A stretch of DNA of 32,000 nt, taken from assembly GCF_001457615.1 (NCBI RefSeq), contig NZ_LN831024.1, positions 1,680,001 through 1,712,000 on the forward strand, read 5' to 3'. Origin of the DNA: Pseudomonas aeruginosa. Lineage in GTDB: Bacteria > Pseudomonadota > Gammaproteobacteria > Pseudomonadales > Pseudomonadaceae. Below, piece after piece: positions 29,634 to 32,000 of the stretch; the stretch's first letter is position 1; each line of letters begins with the position of its first letter. Position numbers and translations under genes: made by a program. The notes under the pieces are model-generated. The model searched no databases and was not told the origin of the DNA. It saw only the letters and a program-made list of their open reading frames with translations.

Positions 29634-32000
29634 ATGCGCATCCCCCCATACTTCCCCCGTCTCGGCGCCCTCGCCCTGGCCTGCGCCCTGGCCCTGCCCG
29701 CGCAGGCGGCCGAGCGCGCCTGGAGCTACAGCTACAACGCCCTCGGCCTGATCGAGCGCGCCGACGGTCCGCGCACCGATGTGCAGGACGTCACCCTCTA
29801 TGCCTACGACAGTCGCGGCAACCTGACCCAGGTGACCAACGCCCTCGGCCAGGTCACCCGCCTCGGCGACTATGACGAGCGCGGCAAGCCCGGCAGCATC
29901 ACCGATGCCAACGGCGTCACCAGCAGCCTCGCCTACACCGGCGTCGACGGCTGGCTGGCCTCCGTCAGCACCGCCGGCAGCACCACCCGCTTCGACTATG
30001 ACGCGGTCGGTCAGATCACCCGCGTCACCCGTGGCGACGGCAGCTGGCTGAGCTACGAATACGACGACGCACGGCGCCTGGTAGCGATCGGCAACAACCT
30101 CGGCGAACGCCTCGAATACGACGTCGACACCAAGGGCAATCGCACCGCCCAGCGCATCAAGGACGCCAGCGGCAGCCTGGTGCGCCAGCAGCAATGGGCC
30201 TACGACGAGCTTGGCCGGCTGCTCCGTGCGGTCGGCGCCGGCGGCCAGACACGCAGCTTCGCCTACGACCTCAACGACAATCCGGTCGGCGAAACCAACC
30301 CGCGCCAGTTCGCCCACAGCCAGGCCTTCGATGCCCTCGACCGGCTGGTCGGCCAGAGCGATCCCCTCGGCGGCAAGACCCGACTCGCCTACGACGCCCA
30401 GGACAACCTCACCGAGGTCAAGGACCCGCGCGGTGTCACCACCCGCTACGAATACGACGGCCTCGGCAACCTGACCCGACTGGTCAGCCCGGACAGCGGC
30501 ACCACCACCTTCGAGCACGACGCCGCCGGCAACGTCATCCGCCGCACCGACGCTCGCGGTGCGGTCACCGAGTATCGCTACGACGCCCTCAATCGGCTGG
30601 TCGAGCGCCGCTCGCCGAGCGACCCGAGCCTCGACGTACAGTACCGCTACGACCTCACCGCCGACGGCAACAAGGGCATCGGCCGCCTGGGCGCCATCGA
30701 TGGCGCTCGCGACAGCCTGGTGTACCGCTACGACGAGCGCGGCAACCTGGTCGAGCAGGTGCGCAGCATCCGCCTCGACCAGCAGACCCTGCTCGACCGC
30801 GTGACCTACCGCTACGACGCGGCCAACCAACTGCTGGAGATCGGCTACCCCTCCGGCCTCGCCATCGGCTACCCGCGCAACGCCGGCGGCCAGGTCGCCA
30901 GCGTGACCCTGGCAGTGGGCGACAAGGCGCCGAGCCCCCTGGTCGGGCAGATCGCCTACCTGCCCTTCGGCCCGCTGCAGCGCCTGACCTGGGGCAACGG
31001 CATCGCCCTCAGCCGCGAGTACGACCAGGACTACCAACTGCTGCGGCAGAAGGTCGGCCCCTGGCAGAGCGACTACCAGCACGATGCCAATGGCAATATC
31101 CAGCAGCACCGCCATAGCCTCTGGGGCACCCTGGACTACCAGTACGACCCGCTGGACCGCCTGACCGAGGAACGCGGCGTCCAGGGCGGGCGCAGCTATG
31201 CCTACGACGCGGTCGGCAACCGCACCCAACGCAGCGACAACCCCGCCTCAGGCGGCACCGCCAGCAGCCAGGACTACCAGTACGCGCCCGACAGCAACCG
31301 ATTGACCGCCATCGGCGCGCAAGCGGTGACCAGCGACGCCGCCGGCAACCTCACCCAGGACCGCGCCGCGCGCAAACTGGCCTACGACGCCCAGGGCCGC
31401 CTGCAAAGCGTCAGCCTCGACGGCCAGCAGGTCGCCGAATACCGCTACAACGCCCTCGGCCAGCGCATCGTCAAGCTCACCCCCGAGAGCGTCACCACCT
31501 ACCTCTACGGTCCCGACGGCCAATTGCTCGGCGAAGCCGAACACGACGGCAGCGGCCGGAAACTGCGAGCCCAGTACTACCTGTGGCTGGACAGCCTGCC
31601 GCTGGCCACCATCGACGCCGACTACGACGCCCAGGGCAAGGTCGGCAACCCGACCCTGCTCTACCTCCATGGCGACCACCTCGACACCCCGCGCCTGGCC
31701 ACCGACGCCAGCGGCCAGATCGCCTGGCAGTGGCAGTCCGACGCCTTCGGCCGCGGCGAAGCGCTGAGCCAGGGCAGCACCCAGGTCAACCTGCGCTTCC
31801 CCGGGCAGTACTACGATGCGGAGAGCGGGCTGCACTACAACTACTTCCGCGACTATGATCCGGAGACTGGGCGGTATGTGGAGAGTGATCCGATTGGACT
31901 AAGTGGGGGAGTGAACACATACGGATATGTACAGGGAGCCCCCCTCAACCGTATTGATCCTTTAGGTCTAGCAGCAATAGAGATTGATATTCCTAAATCA
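29634..32000 (+). CDS. Secreted Rhs/YD-repeat protein, C-terminal half with RHS-associated core; 3' end outside window
   Basis: Manual translation from ATG 29634 is open for 789 codons to the window end: MRIPPYFPRLGALALACALALPAQAAERAWSYSYNALGLIERADGPRTDVQDVTLYAYDSRGNLTQ ... YLHGDHLDTPRLATDASGQIAWQWQSDAFGRG ... FPGQYYDAESGLHYNYFRDYDPETGRYVESDPIGLSGGVNTYGYVQGAPLNRIDPLGLAAIEIDIPKS. RBS AAGGAC 8 nt upstream. Absent from the supplied ORF track because no stop codon occurs in the window. Confidence 0.92.
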   Translation, partial: MRIPPYFPRLGALALACALALPAQAAERAWSYSYNALGLIERADGPRTDVQDVTLYAYDSRGNLTQVTNALGQVTRLGDYDERGKPGSITDANGVTSSLAYTGVDGWLASVSTAGSTTRFDYDAVGQITRVTRGDGSWLSYEYDDARRLVAIGNNLGERLEYDVDTKGNRTAQRIKDASGSLVRQQQWAYDELGRLLRAVGAGGQTRSFAYDLNDNPVGETNPRQFAHSQAFDALDRLVGQSDPLGGKTRLAYDAQDNLTEVKDPRGVTTRYEYDGLGNLTRLVSPDSGTTTFEHDAAGNVIRRTDARGAVTEYRYDALNRLVERRSPSDPSLDVQYRYDLTADGNKGIGRLGAIDGARDSLVYRYDERGNLVEQVRSIRLDQQTLLDRVTYRYDAANQLLEIGYPSGLAIGYPRNAGGQVASVTLAVGDKAPSPLVGQIAYLPFGPLQRLTWGNGIALSREYDQDYQLLRQKVGPWQSDYQHDANGNIQQHRHSLWGTLDYQYDPLDRLTEERGVQGGRSYAYDAVGNRTQRSDNPASGGTASSQDYQYAPDSNRLTAIGAQAVTSDAAGNLTQDRAARKLAYDAQGRLQSVSLDGQQVAEYRYNALGQRIVKLTPESVTTYLYGPDGQLLGEAEHDGSGRKLRAQYYLWLDSLPLATIDADYDAQGKVGNPTLLYLHGDHLDTPRLATDASGQIAWQWQSDAFGRGEALSQGSTQVNLRFPGQYYDAESGLHYNYFRDYDPETGRYVESDPIGLSGGVNTYGYVQGAPLNRIDPLGLAAIEIDIPKS

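Noticed and set aside
30194-31117. 307-aa plus-strand ORF in the Rhs region
   Set aside because: Alternate frame of ORF B (Arg/Pro-rich), no start context; ORF B explains the region.
29565-31229. 554-aa minus-strand ORF opposite the Rhs gene (and 29107..29649 minus)
   Set aside because: Antisense of GC-rich YD repeats; the Val/Ala/Leu-rich composition is the expected shadow, whereas the plus frame has textbook YD/RHS motifs.
26643-32000. Calling a complete genomic island integrated at tRNA-Arg
   Set aside because: No integrase gene and no second att copy are visible in the window; only one side is present.

Overview
Window read as Pseudomonas aeruginosa-type chromosome, from recognised protein families and gene order. 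1-26.7 kb is ordinary core genome: an ABC permease fragment, a YceK-like lipoprotein gene, finR/fpr, nosRZDFYL (minus strand), VOC and ABM-type genes, trmO, rhlG, a DUF2784 gene, amrZ, and a complete C-P lyase operon phnCDEFGHIJKLMNP (plus strand), then small membrane/periplasmic protein genes, a GNAT gene and tRNA-Arg(CCT). Candidate regulatory sites were found by eye for DNR/ANR (nosR), PhoB (phnC), AmrZ (amrZ) and a LysR-type regulator (finR-fpr). After the tRNA and a strong terminator, the sequence becomes accessory in character. There is about 1.2 kb with no convincing ORF but with palindromic short repeats, followed by an unusual two-gene Rhs/YD-repeat system. ORF A (28078-29619) has a signal peptide, a Cys-rich domain, a DUF6531-like segment and YD repeats. 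ORF B (29634 to the window end, open) has its own signal peptide, the remaining YD repeats and the RHS-associated core, and enters an AT-richer C-terminal tip just before base 32000. The ORF track omits ORF B because it has no stop in the window. The split secreted Rhs shell with a probable polymorphic toxin tip is the most interesting item here. The toxin tip and any immunity gene lie beyond the window.
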